DNA of 42,716 bases, taken from assembly GCA_050115425.1 (NCBI GenBank), contig JASFQN010000002.1, positions 1 through 42,716 of the forward strand, read 5' to 3'. The notes under the pieces are model-generated. The model was not told the origin of the DNA, made no database searches, and saw nothing but the letters and a program-made list of their open reading frames with translations. This DNA comes from Gammaproteobacteria bacterium (GTDB taxonomy: Bacteria; Pseudomonadota; Gammaproteobacteria; Natronospirales; JASFQN01). This document shows, in pieces, positions 7,193-16,415 of the stretch; within the stretch, counting starts at the first letter, position 1; the number at the start of each line of letters is the position of its first letter. A program made the position numbers and the translations under genes.

Positions 7193-9685
7193 TCACGTAC
7201 CCTGCCTGAGTATCGTCACGGGAGGCTGGCCAACGACTTTCCGTGTCGCGGCCACACCGGCCAGGGTGACCAGGGCCACACCGCCAGCGATTCCGCTGAT
7301 CCAGAGCCATGGATTGAGTTGCCAGGGAATATCGAACACCCGCGTGGCCAACAGCCACCCGGTGAAGCTGGCGCCCGCGGCCGCAAGGACGCCGGAGAGA
7401 AGGCCCAGCAACGCAAATTCCGCAGTCACGCTGGCGAAGACGAGGCGGCGCGAGGCCCCGAGCGCGCGGAGCAGGGCGGACTCAAAGCGCCGCTCTCGGC
7501 GTGATGCCTGCACGGCCGCTAGAAGCACCACCACGCCGGCGGCCAGGGTGAAGCCGAACAGGAATTCGACCGCCCGGGCGGCCTGATCCATCAGACTGCG
7601 AACACGGTTCATGATGCTGTTCAGGTCCAGCACGGTGACGCTCGGGAAGCGATCCACGAAGTCCACAAGCAATCGGCCGCGTTCCGGCGGCAGGTAGGCG
7701 CTGGTGATCCAGGTGGCGGGAAAATTCTCCAGGGCGCCCGGCGAAAAGACCAGAAAGAAATTGGGCTGGAAGCTGTCCCAGGCCACCTTGCGCAGATTGG
7801 CAATGCGCGCGGTGACCTTTTCGCCGGTGACGGCAAAGGTGAGCGTATCACCCAGTTTGAAGCCCATGTCAGCGGCCGTGTCCTGCGCCACTGATACCTC
7901 GGGGACCGCGGGTGTGCCCTGCCACCATTGGCCGGCCACCAGGGTATTGCCAGCAGGCAGGCGGGCCGACCAGGACAGGTTCTGCTCGCGGTTGACGAAC
8001 CATCGCTGTTGGCGACTGTCGAGATCCGTTTCGCTGATCGGCCGGCCGTTGATGGCGGTGAGGCGGGCGCGGACCATGGGCGCCAGTCGGGGTACCTCGA
8101 GGCCGTGGTCGCGAAAGAAATGGCGCACGGCCGCGCGCTGGTCGGTCTGGATGTTGATGAAGAAGTGATTGGGCGCGTCCGGGGGCAGGGTGGAGCGCCA
8201 GCCGGCGAGCAGATCGGTGCGTACGATTGCCAGGAGCAGGAGGACCAGCAGGCCGAGGCCGAAGGCCACCGACTGGGCAATGCTTTCAGGACCGCGGCGG
8301 GCGATATTGGCGACACCGAAGCGGCCCGCCGTGCCGGCGCGACCGCGGATGCGGTCGAGCAGGCGCACCATCAGCCAGGCACCGCCGGCCAGCAGCAGGG
8401 CGCCTCCGGTGATTCCGCCAAGGGCATAGGCGGACAGCCGCAGATCTCCGAGTCGCCAGACCGTGAGTACCAGGACTGCGGCAACGGCGGCACCATAGAG
8501 CAGCCAGGCCGAGATTGGCGCCGGCAACATTTCGCGGCGCAGGACCCGTGCCGGCGGCGTGCGCGCGAGTGTCGCCAGGGGAGGCAGCGCGAAGCCGGCG
8601 AGGAGCAGTACGGTGGTGCCAAGGGCGCCGAGGACAGGGCCGGTAATCGTGGGAGGCGGCAGGCCCGCTTGCAGGAGGTCGCCGAGCAGGAATACCAGAC
8701 CGCTTTGGGCGGCATAGCCCATCAACAGGCCCAGCGCTCCGCCAATGAGTCCCAGCCATGACAGACGCATGACATAAAGTGCCAATATGCTGGCGCGGCG
8801 CATGCCAAGCGATTTGAGGATCGCCACGGTGTCGGTTTCCCGCCGGGCATACTGGCGAGCGGCCAGAGCAATCGCGGCGCCAGCCAGAAGCGCTGCGGTA
8901 AGCGCGGCGAGGGTGTGGAAGCGGTGCGCGCGAAGCACGGCTTCCCGCATGCCGCGGTTGGCATCACTGACGGTCATGAGCCGTTCGCCCTGGCTCAGAT
9001 CCGGCCGAATCTTCTCACTGAACGCCTTGACCGCGGCCGCCGGGCCGGCGGCCAGCAGGCGGTAATGTACGCGGCTGGCCGGACCCACCAGGCCGGTTGC
9101 CGCAATATCGGACTGGTTGAGAAGCGCGGGAGCGACAAAGTCGGTGAATGTCTGCCCTTCGTCAGGCAGGGAGCCCAGCACGCGCGTGACCCGGAACGAG
9201 CGCTTGCCGATGGTGACTTCACCACCCGGTGTTACGGCCAGCGCGGCCATCAATCGCGAGGCCAGCCAGACCTCACCGGGTTCGGGAAAGCCGTCGGCAG
9301 GTCGGGATTGGCCAAATGGCGTATCCGCCACGCGGATCTTTCCACGCAGGGGATAGCCGGGGGTGGCGGCACGGATGTCGGCCAGTTGCACCTTGTCGCC
9401 ATGCTTGATGACACTCGCGAAGGTAAGCAGCGAGGCGGTCCTGAGACCGCTCGCCCGCGCGATCCGCGCGTAGTCGGCGGGCAGTCCGTGCCGCGCACTG
9501 ACGGCGACATCCGCGGCCAGCGCCGCGCCGGACTGCTGGCGAATGCTTTCGTTGATCCGGCTGGTCGTGAAACCCACGGCGCTGATGGCGCCGACCGCCA
9601 CCACGAGGGCCGCTAGCAGTACACCCAGTTCTCCCGAACGCCATTCCCGGCGCAGGTTGCGCAGTGACTGTCGGATCAGTTTCAT
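7193..9685 (-). CDS. ybbP: ABC transporter permease with duplicated FtsX/MacB-type domains (YbbP family)
   Basis: 830 aa starting MKLIRQSLRNLRREWRSGELGVLL. It has two FtsX-like 4-TM modules with large periplasmic loops. Its ATG overlaps the ybbA stop (ATGA). Confidence 0.9.
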   Translation of the reverse strand: MKLIRQSLRNLRREWRSGELGVLLAALVVAVGAISAVGFTTSRINESIRQQSGAALAADVAVSARHGLPADYARIARASGLRTASLLTFASVIKHGDKVQLADIRAATPGYPLRGKIRVADTPFGQSRPADGFPEPGEVWLASRLMAALAVTPGGEVTIGKRSFRVTRVLGSLPDEGQTFTDFVAPALLNQSDIAATGLVGPASRVHYRLLAAGPAAAVKAFSEKIRPDLSQGERLMTVSDANRGMREAVLRAHRFHTLAALTAALLAGAAIALAARQYARRETDTVAILKSLGMRRASILALYVMRLSWLGLIGGALGLLMGYAAQSGLVFLLGDLLQAGLPPPTITGPVLGALGTTVLLLAGFALPPLATLARTPPARVLRREMLPAPISAWLLYGAAVAAVLVLTVWRLGDLRLSAYALGGITGGALLLAGGAWLMVRLLDRIRGRAGTAGRFGVANIARRGPESIAQSVAFGLGLLVLLLLAIVRTDLLAGWRSTLPPDAPNHFFINIQTDQRAAVRHFFRDHGLEVPRLAPMVRARLTAINGRPISETDLDSRQQRWFVNREQNLSWSARLPAGNTLVAGQWWQGTPAVPEVSVAQDTAADMGFKLGDTLTFAVTGEKVTARIANLRKVAWDSFQPNFFLVFSPGALENFPATWITSAYLPPERGRLLVDFVDRFPSVTVLDLNSIMNRVRSLMDQAARAVEFLFGFTLAAGVVVLLAAVQASRRERRFESALLRALGASRRLVFASVTAEFALLGLLSGVLAAAGASFTGWLLATRVFDIPWQLNPWLWISGIAGGVALVTLAGVAATRKVVGQPPVTILRQGT

Positions 9686-10398
9686 GCCCGTTGCGCCTCG
9701 GGCGTCGCGATATCGGCTTCCAGCCGGCCAGCCGACAGACGCAGGATCCGTCCGCAGCGTTCGGCGAGGGCCCGGTCATGCGTCACCATGAGCAGGGTCG
9801 TGCGGTTTTGCCGGTTCAGGCGGAAGAGTTCTTCGATGACCCGTTCCCCCGTGGCCGTATCCAGACTACCGGTGGGCTCGTCCGCGAACAGCAGGGTCGG
9901 CCGTGCAGCAAATGCCCGGGCCAGGGCCACCCGCTGCTGCTCGCCGCCCGAGAGTTGTCGCGGATAGTGACTGGCGCGCGCATCGAGGCCCACCTGGGCA
10001 AGAACTTCGCGGGCACGCTGCGCCGCATCGTTCGCCTCGGCCAGCTCCAGGGGCAGAAGCACGTTTTCCAGCGCCGTGAGGCCGGGCAACAGGTGAAAGG
10101 ACTGAAAGACGAAACCGACCAGCCGTGCGCGCAGCGAAGCCCGGCCGTCCTCGTCAAGGGCGTTGAGATCCTGGCCATCGAGCAGGACGCGGCCGCTGGT
10201 GGGCAGGTCGAGGCCGGCCAGCAGGCCGAGCAGGGTAGTCTTGCCCGAGCCGGAGGCACCGAGGATGGCGACACTTTCGCCCGGCAGAATGCGGAAACTC
10301 ACGCCCTCGAGAATGGTCAATTCGCCAGAAGGACTGATAACCTGCTTGCCGAGTCCTTCGGCCACAACAACGGGAGCCACGGTCTTGCCATCCTTCAT
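9682..10398 (-). CDS. ybbA: ABC transporter ATP-binding protein (YbbA family)
   Basis: Walker A GASGSGKTTLL, signature LSGGEQQRVALARA, Walker B LLFADEPTGSLD. I chose the start at 10398 (MKDGKTV...) by length comparison with YbbA. Alternatives are ATG 10407 and GTG 10380. The track ORF extends to 10476. Confidence 0.88.
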   Translation of the reverse strand: MKDGKTVAPVVVAEGLGKQVISPSGELTILEGVSFRILPGESVAILGASGSGKTTLLGLLAGLDLPTSGRVLLDGQDLNALDEDGRASLRARLVGFVFQSFHLLPGLTALENVLLPLELAEANDAAQRAREVLAQVGLDARASHYPRQLSGGEQQRVALARAFAARPTLLFADEPTGSLDTATGERVIEELFRLNRQNRTTLLMVTHDRALAERCGRILRLSAGRLEADIATPEAQRA

Positions 10399-11044
10399 GC
10401 GCGTCATCCTTTCCTGTGTCCTGGTCCTCTGGTTGCTGCCGGCGGCCGCCATGGCCGCGCCCACCATCCTGGTCATGGGGGACAGCCTCAGTGCAGCGCA
10501 CGGTATTCCCTTGGACCAGGGTTGGGTGGCCTTGTTGCAGAAACGCCTGGAAAATCGAGGCTACCCGTATGCTGTGGTCAACGCCAGCATCTCGGGAGAA
10601 ACCACGGCGGGTGCGCTGGCCCGCCTTCCCGATGTCCTGAGCAAATACCGTCCGACGATCGTGATCATCGAACTCGGCGGGAACGACGGCCTCCGGGGTA
10701 TTTCGGTCGATGAATTCCGCTCCAACCTGACCCGAATGATCGAGCAGAGCAAACAGGCGGGCGCCCGCGTGCTGTTGACAGGCATTCGCCTGCCGCCGAA
10801 TTATGGACCCGACTACACCCGGGATTTCTTTGATGTCTATGCGCAACTCGCGGACAAATATGGCGTGGCCCTTGTGCCATTCTTCATGCAGGATGTCGCG
10901 ACGCGACCGGATCTGATGCAGTCCGACGAACTGCATCCCAATGCCAAAGGCCAGCCCAGGCTGCTGGACAATACGTGGCCCTATCTGGAGCCACTGCTGA
11001 AGGCGGTCAGTCAACCAAGAGCAGGCGCGGACGGATCCCGCTAA
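10397..11044 (+). CDS. tesA: SGNH/GDSL hydrolase, periplasmic thioesterase I / lysophospholipase L1 (TesA)
   Basis: Signal peptide MRVILSCVLVLWLLPAAAMA, followed by GDSLS (block I), GGNDG (block III) and DELHP (block V). Divergent from ybbA, as in E. coli. Confidence 0.9.
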   Translation: MRVILSCVLVLWLLPAAAMAAPTILVMGDSLSAAHGIPLDQGWVALLQKRLENRGYPYAVVNASISGETTAGALARLPDVLSKYRPTIVIIELGGNDGLRGISVDEFRSNLTRMIEQSKQAGARVLLTGIRLPPNYGPDYTRDFFDVYAQLADKYGVALVPFFMQDVATRPDLMQSDELHPNAKGQPRLLDNTWPYLEPLLKAVSQPRAGADGSR

Positions 11045-11973
11045 AGCCAGCTGGTGAGTTGCACGCCGAAGCCGACGCGGGTTACCAGTACGTTATAGTC
11101 GACCAGACTTTCGCCGTAGCCGCGAAACACCTGCACATAGCCGCGAAGATTGTTATCCAGCGGGAAACTCCAACCCAGTTCAAAGGCACCCTTGTTGTCT
11201 GTGGTGCTGAAGTTGTTCCTGAGCATCAGGCTGTATTCGTTGCCGGCCCGCTTGAATGCCGCGGAGAACTCCCCATGCCCCATGTAGTGGGTGATGTCGG
11301 GGTTGTCGTCGGTGGTGGACGATTCCGGCAACCGGTACCAGGGCTTGAAGCTGAAGGCAAAGCCCCCGCGCTCGACGATAAACTGCGCGTAGATACGATT
11401 CCAGCTGCGTGACAGCGGATCGGACTGGCCGTTCGACTGATGGTCAAGTCCGAACCGAAGTACACGGTTGCGAAATCCGAGCCATTTGAAGTCGGTCAGG
11501 AAATCGAGCATGAGTTCGGGTTCATGATCGGTCTCGCGGAAGGGAGAAGACGCCTTGCGATCGTAGGCCTGCCAGAATGCTCTCTGCGTATAGCCAAAGG
11601 AAAGCCTGCTGTTCTTTCCAAGGGGATGCTTGAGAATCGGAAACTTGATGCTCAGCTGGAATTCCATCTCCGCGTGCCGGAAGCTGTCGCCCTTGGTGCC
11701 GAACGGGGTCCGGTTGAGGCCGTCGACGTAGGTGAAGGGCAGGATGTAGGTGGGTCGGTGCGACTGCAGGGTGAAAGGCAGGCGCTCGGACTTTTCCTCT
11801 TCCTTGATCCGTTCGCTTACACTGGGTGGCTCATTGAGAACCTGGTCAATGGGGTTCTCGACTGGCTGGGACGGCCGGTCCTGGTCCTTTGGGGGCGATT
11901 GCGTTTCTGCCGCTAGTACGCCGCAGGAAGTGCTGCCGAGTAGCAGTGACAGAAGCAGTGCCAGACGATTCAT
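11041..11973 (-). CDS. pldA: outer-membrane phospholipase A (PldA)
   Basis: 310 aa with a signal peptide, HRPTYILPF, the catalytic HQSNG motif, and the C-terminal beta-barrel end GFGVQLTSWL. Confidence 0.92.
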   Translation of the reverse strand: MNRLALLLSLLLGSTSCGVLAAETQSPPKDQDRPSQPVENPIDQVLNEPPSVSERIKEEEKSERLPFTLQSHRPTYILPFTYVDGLNRTPFGTKGDSFRHAEMEFQLSIKFPILKHPLGKNSRLSFGYTQRAFWQAYDRKASSPFRETDHEPELMLDFLTDFKWLGFRNRVLRFGLDHQSNGQSDPLSRSWNRIYAQFIVERGGFAFSFKPWYRLPESSTTDDNPDITHYMGHGEFSAAFKRAGNEYSLMLRNNFSTTDNKGAFELGWSFPLDNNLRGYVQVFRGYGESLVDYNVLVTRVGFGVQLTSWL

Positions 11974-12190
11974 TCTCGACTCCCGGGCCAGAGTGGATTC
12001 TTGATTGCTGCGCCGGATCGTCTACAGACGGGGCAGCATTGACCATAGCACGCGTCATTCAGGGAGTTCATTTCTGTCGGCGCTACCGTCGGGATCGGAG
12101 AAGCCGGCGATGCTTGCCCGGTATCCACGGCCGCTGTGGCATGCCGCTGTCCGAAGTGGGCGGGGTGGGAACTCCTGAACAATTGGCGAA

Positions 12191-12226
12191 ACGTAAAAAA
12201 CCGCCCGAATGGACGGTTTTTTACGT
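12191..12226 (-). terminator. rho-independent terminator of ssrA (symmetric, potentially bidirectional)
   Basis: ACGTAAAAAACCGCCCGAATGGACGGTTTTTTACGT: a GC stem flanked by A6 and T6 runs, starting 7 nt beyond the tmRNA CCA end. Confidence 0.8.
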
Positions 12227-12232
12227 TTGATA

Positions 12233-12608
12233 TGGTGGAGGCGGCGGGAATCGAACCCGCGTCCGCGAGCCCTCCGCCCTCGGCTCTACATGCTTAGCCC
12301 GGTCTTTGAGTTTCGCCAGCCGCTACCCGACGGGCAGGGAAAACAACTGGCTAGTTCACATTTGGGTTTTAGCGGATCGGTCGTGAACCAACGTCACCGC
12401 GATCTTGTGAAGCGTCGACCCCTGAAGTCCCGAAGGACTTTCTGAAAGGCACAAGCACCTTTCAGTCAGAGGCTGGCGGGCTGTTTAGGCCGCCAGGGCG
12501 TAGTTGTCGTCGTTGGCAACTATTGTTGTACAGTCGGTTTTACGAGGTGGACTGTACCTCGGCATGCACCTCAGGTTTCGCGACCCACGTCGAAGCCATG
12601 TCGCCCCC
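12233..12608 (-). ncRNA. ssrA: tmRNA (transfer-messenger RNA, SsrA)
   Basis: On the minus strand, the 5' end is GGGGGCGACATGGCTTCGACGTGGG and the 3' end is GGACGCGGGTTCGATTCCCGCCGCCTCCACCA. The internal tag reading frame GCCAACGACGACAACTACGCCCTGGCGGCCTAA (12485..12517) encodes ANDDNYALAA. Confidence 0.97.
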
Positions 12609-12799
12609 TGAAATCATCCCCAGTCTACGCGAAGGCCTGCAGTCCGGCCATACCCCGGAAGCTCCGGGGTCTCACAGCACCACCCCGGCGCAGGGGTACA
12701 CCGGGGCGATGGGGTCCATCTTAGCTAGGAGGTTGTTGACCTGCTATTCACTATAGGCAGTTTTCAACTGCCCGGGTTCCCTTGATTTCGAAATGGGGG

Positions 12800-13276
12800 T
12801 CAACCACCGGATTTCAAGAGACGGGCCTTCTGGCGCTGCCAGTCGCGGTCTTTCTTGACCGCGCGCTTGTCATGTTCCTTCTTGCCCTTGGCAAGGCCCA
12901 GCTTGAGCTTGGCACGCCCCCGCTGCCAGTAGAGCGCCAGGGGGGTGAGGGTGTAGCCCTTGCGTTCCACGGCACCGATCAGTTTGTCCAGCTCGTTGCG
13001 GTGCAGCAACAGCTTGCGCGTGCGTGTCGGGTCGGTATGCACGTGGGTGGAGGCCGAGGTCAGGGGCGTGAAATGCGCACCCAACAGGAAGGCTTCACCG
13101 TCTTTGATCACGGCATAGGCTTCCTGCAGGCTGGCACGGCCCTCGCGCAGACTCTTCACCTCCCAGCCCTCCAGCGCGAGTCCGGCTTCGAAGGTTTCCT
13201 CGATGAAAAACTCGTGCCGGGCCTTGCGGTTGAGAGCGATGGTGTTGTCGTCGGCTTTCTTCGGTTTCTTGCTCAT
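12800..13276 (-). CDS. smpB: SsrA-binding protein SmpB
   Basis: [43 protein letters not shown]...GKKEHDKR. It aligns along its length with E. coli SmpB and lies immediately upstream of ssrA. An alternative ATG sits 9 nt upstream (13285, MALMSKK). The rest of the 485-aa track ORF is antisense to the NSS transporter. Confidence 0.94.
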   Translation of the reverse strand: MSKKPKKADDNTIALNRKARHEFFIEETFEAGLALEGWEVKSLREGRASLQEAYAVIKDGEAFLLGAHFTPLTSASTHVHTDPTRTRKLLLHRNELDKLIGAVERKGYTLTPLALYWQRGRAKLKLGLAKGKKEHDKRAVKKDRDWQRQKARLLKSGG

Positions 13277-13396
13277 GAGGGCCATTATACGGGGCCGTAC
13301 GGTTGGGCGGCCACGCCCAAAGGTGGTTTTAACGGTTGTTCTGGCTGACGAATTGCCCGAAAATCGCGCCCTTTGTTGCGGTGGTGGGGAGAAACC

Positions 13397-14782
13397 ATGC
13401 CACGTCGACAGTCGATCCACGGCCAGTGGTCGTCCCGGATGGCCTTCATACTCGCGGCCACGGGAGCCGCGGTCGGATTGGGCAACGTCTGGAAATTCCC
13501 CTATATGGCGGGGGCCAATGGCGGCGGTGCATTCGTGCTGGTCTATCTGGCCTGCGTGCTGGCCATCGGCCTGCCGATCATGATGGCGGAGGTGCTCCTG
13601 GGCCGGCGCGGGCGCCGCAATCCCATCAATACCATGAAGCTGTTGTCGGAGGAGGAGTCCGGCCGGCCGTGGTGGCAGATCGTTGGCTGGAGTGGCGTGA
13701 TCGCCGGCTTCATCATTCTTTCCTACTACAGTGTGATCGCCGGATGGGCAATGGATTATGTGTTTCGGACGGCCAGCGGACTGTTCGTGCAGGTCGATGC
13801 CGACACGGCATTGCGCGAGTTCAACAATCTGGTCTCCGACCCGGTGACCCTGATTCTCTGGCACACCCTGTTCATGGCGATCACGGTCTGGGTGGTGGCG
13901 CGCGGCGTGCAGCAGGGGCTGGAGAGTGCGGTTCGATTCATGATGCCCGCGCTGTTCACGTTGTTGCTGGTGATGGTCGCGTATGCAATGACCACCGGCG
14001 AGTTTCTGCACGGCATCCATTACATGTTCGCTCCGGACTTCCGTGCCGTGGAAAAGAACACGGGCACCGTCGTGCTCATGGCCATGGGCCAGGCCTTTTT
14101 CACCCTCAGTCTCGGCATGGGCGGCATGATGGCCTACGGGGCGTATCTGCCGGACAATGCCTCCATCGCCAAGACCTCGCTGACGGTCGTCTTTGCCGAT
14201 ACTGCCGTGGCCATCCTCGCCGGACTGGCGATCTTTCCCATCGTGTTCGCCAATCATCTGGACGCCACCGAGGGGCCGGGACTGATCTTCCAGACCCTGC
14301 CGCTGGCTTTCGGGCGAATGCCCGGGGGCGTGTTCTTCGGCACGCTGTTTTTCGTGCTGCTGGTCTTCGCGGCCTGGACTTCATCCATCAGTCTGATTGA
14401 GCCGGCCGTGGCCCGAATGGTGGAACATCACGGCATGACTCGCCACAAGGCTGCCTGGACCGTGGGCATCGTGGTCTGGCTGCTGGGGCTGGGGACGGTC
14501 TTCTCCTTCAATGTGCTGGCCGGTTTCAAGCCGCTGGGCCTGACCATTTTCGGGATGTTCGATTTCGTTACCAGCGATGTGTTGTTGCCACTGGGTGGGC
14601 TGCTGATCGCAGTGTTTGCGGGTTGGGTCATGTGCAAGAGTTCCACGGTGGAGGAACTGGAGGTGGAGCCCGGGCTTGGTTATGGACTGTGGCGTTTCCT
14701 GGTCCGATTCGTTGCACCGTTGGGCGTGCTGCTGGTGTTGCTCAACGCCACCGGGCTGCTTCACCTGTTCAGCAAGGCCTGA
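13397..14782 (+). CDS. sodium-dependent transporter, neurotransmitter:sodium symporter (NSS/SNF) family
   Basis: N-terminal NSS signature [37 protein letters not shown], with about 11-12 TM segments. The ATG at 13397 is preceded by GGGGAG. Confidence 0.9.
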   Translation: MPRRQSIHGQWSSRMAFILAATGAAVGLGNVWKFPYMAGANGGGAFVLVYLACVLAIGLPIMMAEVLLGRRGRRNPINTMKLLSEEESGRPWWQIVGWSGVIAGFIILSYYSVIAGWAMDYVFRTASGLFVQVDADTALREFNNLVSDPVTLILWHTLFMAITVWVVARGVQQGLESAVRFMMPALFTLLLVMVAYAMTTGEFLHGIHYMFAPDFRAVEKNTGTVVLMAMGQAFFTLSLGMGGMMAYGAYLPDNASIAKTSLTVVFADTAVAILAGLAIFPIVFANHLDATEGPGLIFQTLPLAFGRMPGGVFFGTLFFVLLVFAAWTSSISLIEPAVARMVEHHGMTRHKAAWTVGIVVWLLGLGTVFSFNVLAGFKPLGLTIFGMFDFVTSDVLLPLGGLLIAVFAGWVMCKSSTVEELEVEPGLGYGLWRFLVRFVAPLGVLLVLLNATGLLHLFSKA

Positions 14783-14786
14783 GTGA

Positions 14787-15224
14787 ATGCGCACCATCCA
14801 CCGAAGCGCGCTGGTCCCGTATACGCCGGATGAGATGTACGGCCTGGTCAACGACGTGGAACGCTATCCGGAATTTCTGCCGTGGTGCCGTTCGGCACGG
14901 ATCGAGGGCCGGCAGGAAAACCAGATTGAAGCGAGTCTGGAACTGGCCCGCGGAGGCGTTCACAAATGGTTCACCACGCGTAATCGTCTGACCCCGGGCG
15001 AACGAATCGATATTGAACTTGTTGACGGACCCTTCCGTCGGCTCGCCGGGGCCTGGCAGTTTCAGTCTCTCAACGGCGAGGGCTGCAAGGTGGTGCTGGA
15101 CATGCGCTTCGAGATTGCCAATCCCATGTTGGGGATGATGCTGGGCCCGGTGTTCCACCAGGTCTGCAACTCCATGGTGGATGCCTTTATTCGGCGGGCC
15201 AGGGATATCTATGGCAGTCGCTAG
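14787..15224 (+). CDS. ratA: SRPBCC/START-fold protein, RatA (YfjG) / Coq10-like
   Basis: 145 aa starting MRTIHRSALVPYTPDEMYGLVNDVERYPEFLPWC. It occupies the conserved neighbourhood smpB - ratA - rnfH - bamE. Confidence 0.85.
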   Translation: MRTIHRSALVPYTPDEMYGLVNDVERYPEFLPWCRSARIEGRQENQIEASLELARGGVHKWFTTRNRLTPGERIDIELVDGPFRRLAGAWQFQSLNGEGCKVVLDMRFEIANPMLGMMLGPVFHQVCNSMVDAFIRRARDIYGSR

Positions 15225-15579
15225 GCAGATCGCGGTCGAGGTTGCGCACGCGAGGCCCGAGCGTCAGCTCGTCCTCAGGCTGGACGTACCGGAAGGCACG
15301 ACCGTGCTGGAGGCCGTGCGGCGCTCCGGCATCCTGGAACGGTTTCCATCCATTGATCTTGCACACAACCGTCTGGGCGTGTTCGGCAAGCTGGTCAAGC
15401 CGGACCAGGTGCTGCGCGAAGGAGATCGCGTGGAAATCTATCGGCCGTTGGTGGCCGATCCCAAGGAAGCGCGACGGCGTCGGGCGGCCGCCGGACGCAC
15501 CATGGGCAGGGAGACTCAGCCGCCGGCCGGGCGGGGCTCCGAGTCGGATGCGGAGGACACGGACAAGCCCTTGGCCTGA
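15211..15579 (+). CDS. rnfH: RnfH-family ubiquitin-fold protein (YfjF/RatB, UPF0125)
   Basis: IAVEVAHARPERQLVLRLDVPEGTTVLEAVRRSGILERFPSIDL...VGVFGKLV...LREGDRVEIYRPLVADPKEARRRRA. The ATG at 15211 overlaps the ratA end by 14 nt. It has a roughly 25-aa low-complexity C-terminal tail. Confidence 0.8.
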   Translation: MAVARQIAVEVAHARPERQLVLRLDVPEGTTVLEAVRRSGILERFPSIDLAHNRLGVFGKLVKPDQVLREGDRVEIYRPLVADPKEARRRRAAAGRTMGRETQPPAGRGSESDAEDTDKPLA

Positions 15580-15878
15580 GCCTCGGTGTCAACGCGGGTT
15601 ACGCCTCCATTGGCGTCGAAATAGACCACGATTTCGCCGTGCTCGTCTTTGCCGTTGCTGCGGTCGAGGTAATACACATACTCCCAGCGGTCGGCCTGGA
15701 AGGGGTCGGCGAGTTGCGGGGTTCCCAAAAGGTATCGGACCTGCGAGCGGGTCATGCCCGGCTTGATCCGGGCGACGTCGCTCGGCGCGATGAAGTTGCC
15801 CTGCTGGATGTCCTGACGATATACACAGCCAGCCGCGAGCAGTGCGGCGGCAAGCAGGAACAGACTGATTATGCGCAT
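15516..15878 (-). CDS. bamE: outer-membrane protein assembly factor BamE (SmpA/OmlA lipoprotein)
   Basis: MRIISLFLLAAALLAAGC carries a lipobox, followed by YRQDIQQGN...IKPGMTRSQVRYLLGTP. Divergent from fur, as in Pseudomonas omlA-fur. The ATG at 15878 is preferred over the GTG at 15887. Confidence 0.85.
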   Translation of the reverse strand: MRIISLFLLAAALLAAGCVYRQDIQQGNFIAPSDVARIKPGMTRSQVRYLLGTPQLADPFQADRWEYVYYLDRSNGKDEHGEIVVYFDANGGVTRVDTEAQAKGLSVSSASDSEPRPAGG

Positions 15879-15968
15879 AAAATTCACTACTTGGTCTGGG
15901 GTTTCCTGTAAGCGATAATACCTGATCAGTCCGTTTTCAAGCTAGCAGGAAGACAAAGGCACCGGAAC

Positions 15969-16394
15969 GTGGAATCCCAAGACCTTCGCAAGGCAGGGCT
16001 CAAGGTCACCCTTCCCAGGGTGAAAATCCTGGAGATCCTGGAAAATGCCGAGCATCGCCACATGAGCGCCGAGGACCTGTACAAGGCCCTGCTCGATTCC
16101 GGCGAAGATATCGGTCTGGCCACAGTCTACCGCGTGCTCACCCAGTTCGAATCAGCGGGCCTGGTCACCCGGCACCATTTTGAAGGCGGCCATTCGGTAT
16201 TCGAGCTGAACGAGGGGGACCACCACGACCATATCCTCTGTGTGAAATGCGGCCGGGTGGACGAGTTCGTGGACGAGGTGATCGAAGAGCGCCAGGAACA
16301 TATCGCCTCGAAGGCCGGCTACGAGATGACCGATCACTCCCTCTACATCTATGGCATCTGCCCGGATTGCCGGGCCGAGCTGCAGAAGCGCTGA
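15969..16394 (+). CDS. fur: ferric uptake regulator Fur
   Basis: LRKAGLKVTLPRVKILEIL, the HHDH motif, and CVKC plus CPDC zinc-site pairs. GTG start. Confidence 0.95.
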   Translation: MESQDLRKAGLKVTLPRVKILEILENAEHRHMSAEDLYKALLDSGEDIGLATVYRVLTQFESAGLVTRHHFEGGHSVFELNEGDHHDHILCVKCGRVDEFVDEVIEERQEHIASKAGYEMTDHSLYIYGICPDCRAELQKR

Positions 16395-16415
16395 ACAGTC
16401 TCTGATCAGGCGGCG

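Noticed and set aside
11974-12232. Possible genomic-island junction or att site downstream of tmRNA
   Set aside because: There is no integrase, no repeat of the tmRNA 3' end, and no compositional break. The segment is simply the pldA promoter region plus the ssrA terminator.
13303-13320. Perfect inverted repeat TTGGGCG-GCCA-CGCCCAA in the smpB / NSS-transporter divergent spacer
   Set aside because: It could be an operator or just a hairpin. No known motif matches and there is no second copy in the window, so it is noted but not called.
13277-14257. N-terminal 327-aa extension of the smpB track ORF
   Set aside because: Only the last 158 aa are SmpB. The extension is antisense to the NSS transporter and has no homology-like features.
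15914-15930. Possible Fur box (GATAATACCTGATCAGT) upstream of fur
   Set aside because: Only the first GATAAT hexamer matches the 19-bp Fur consensus and the rest does not, so it is too weak to call as an autoregulatory site.
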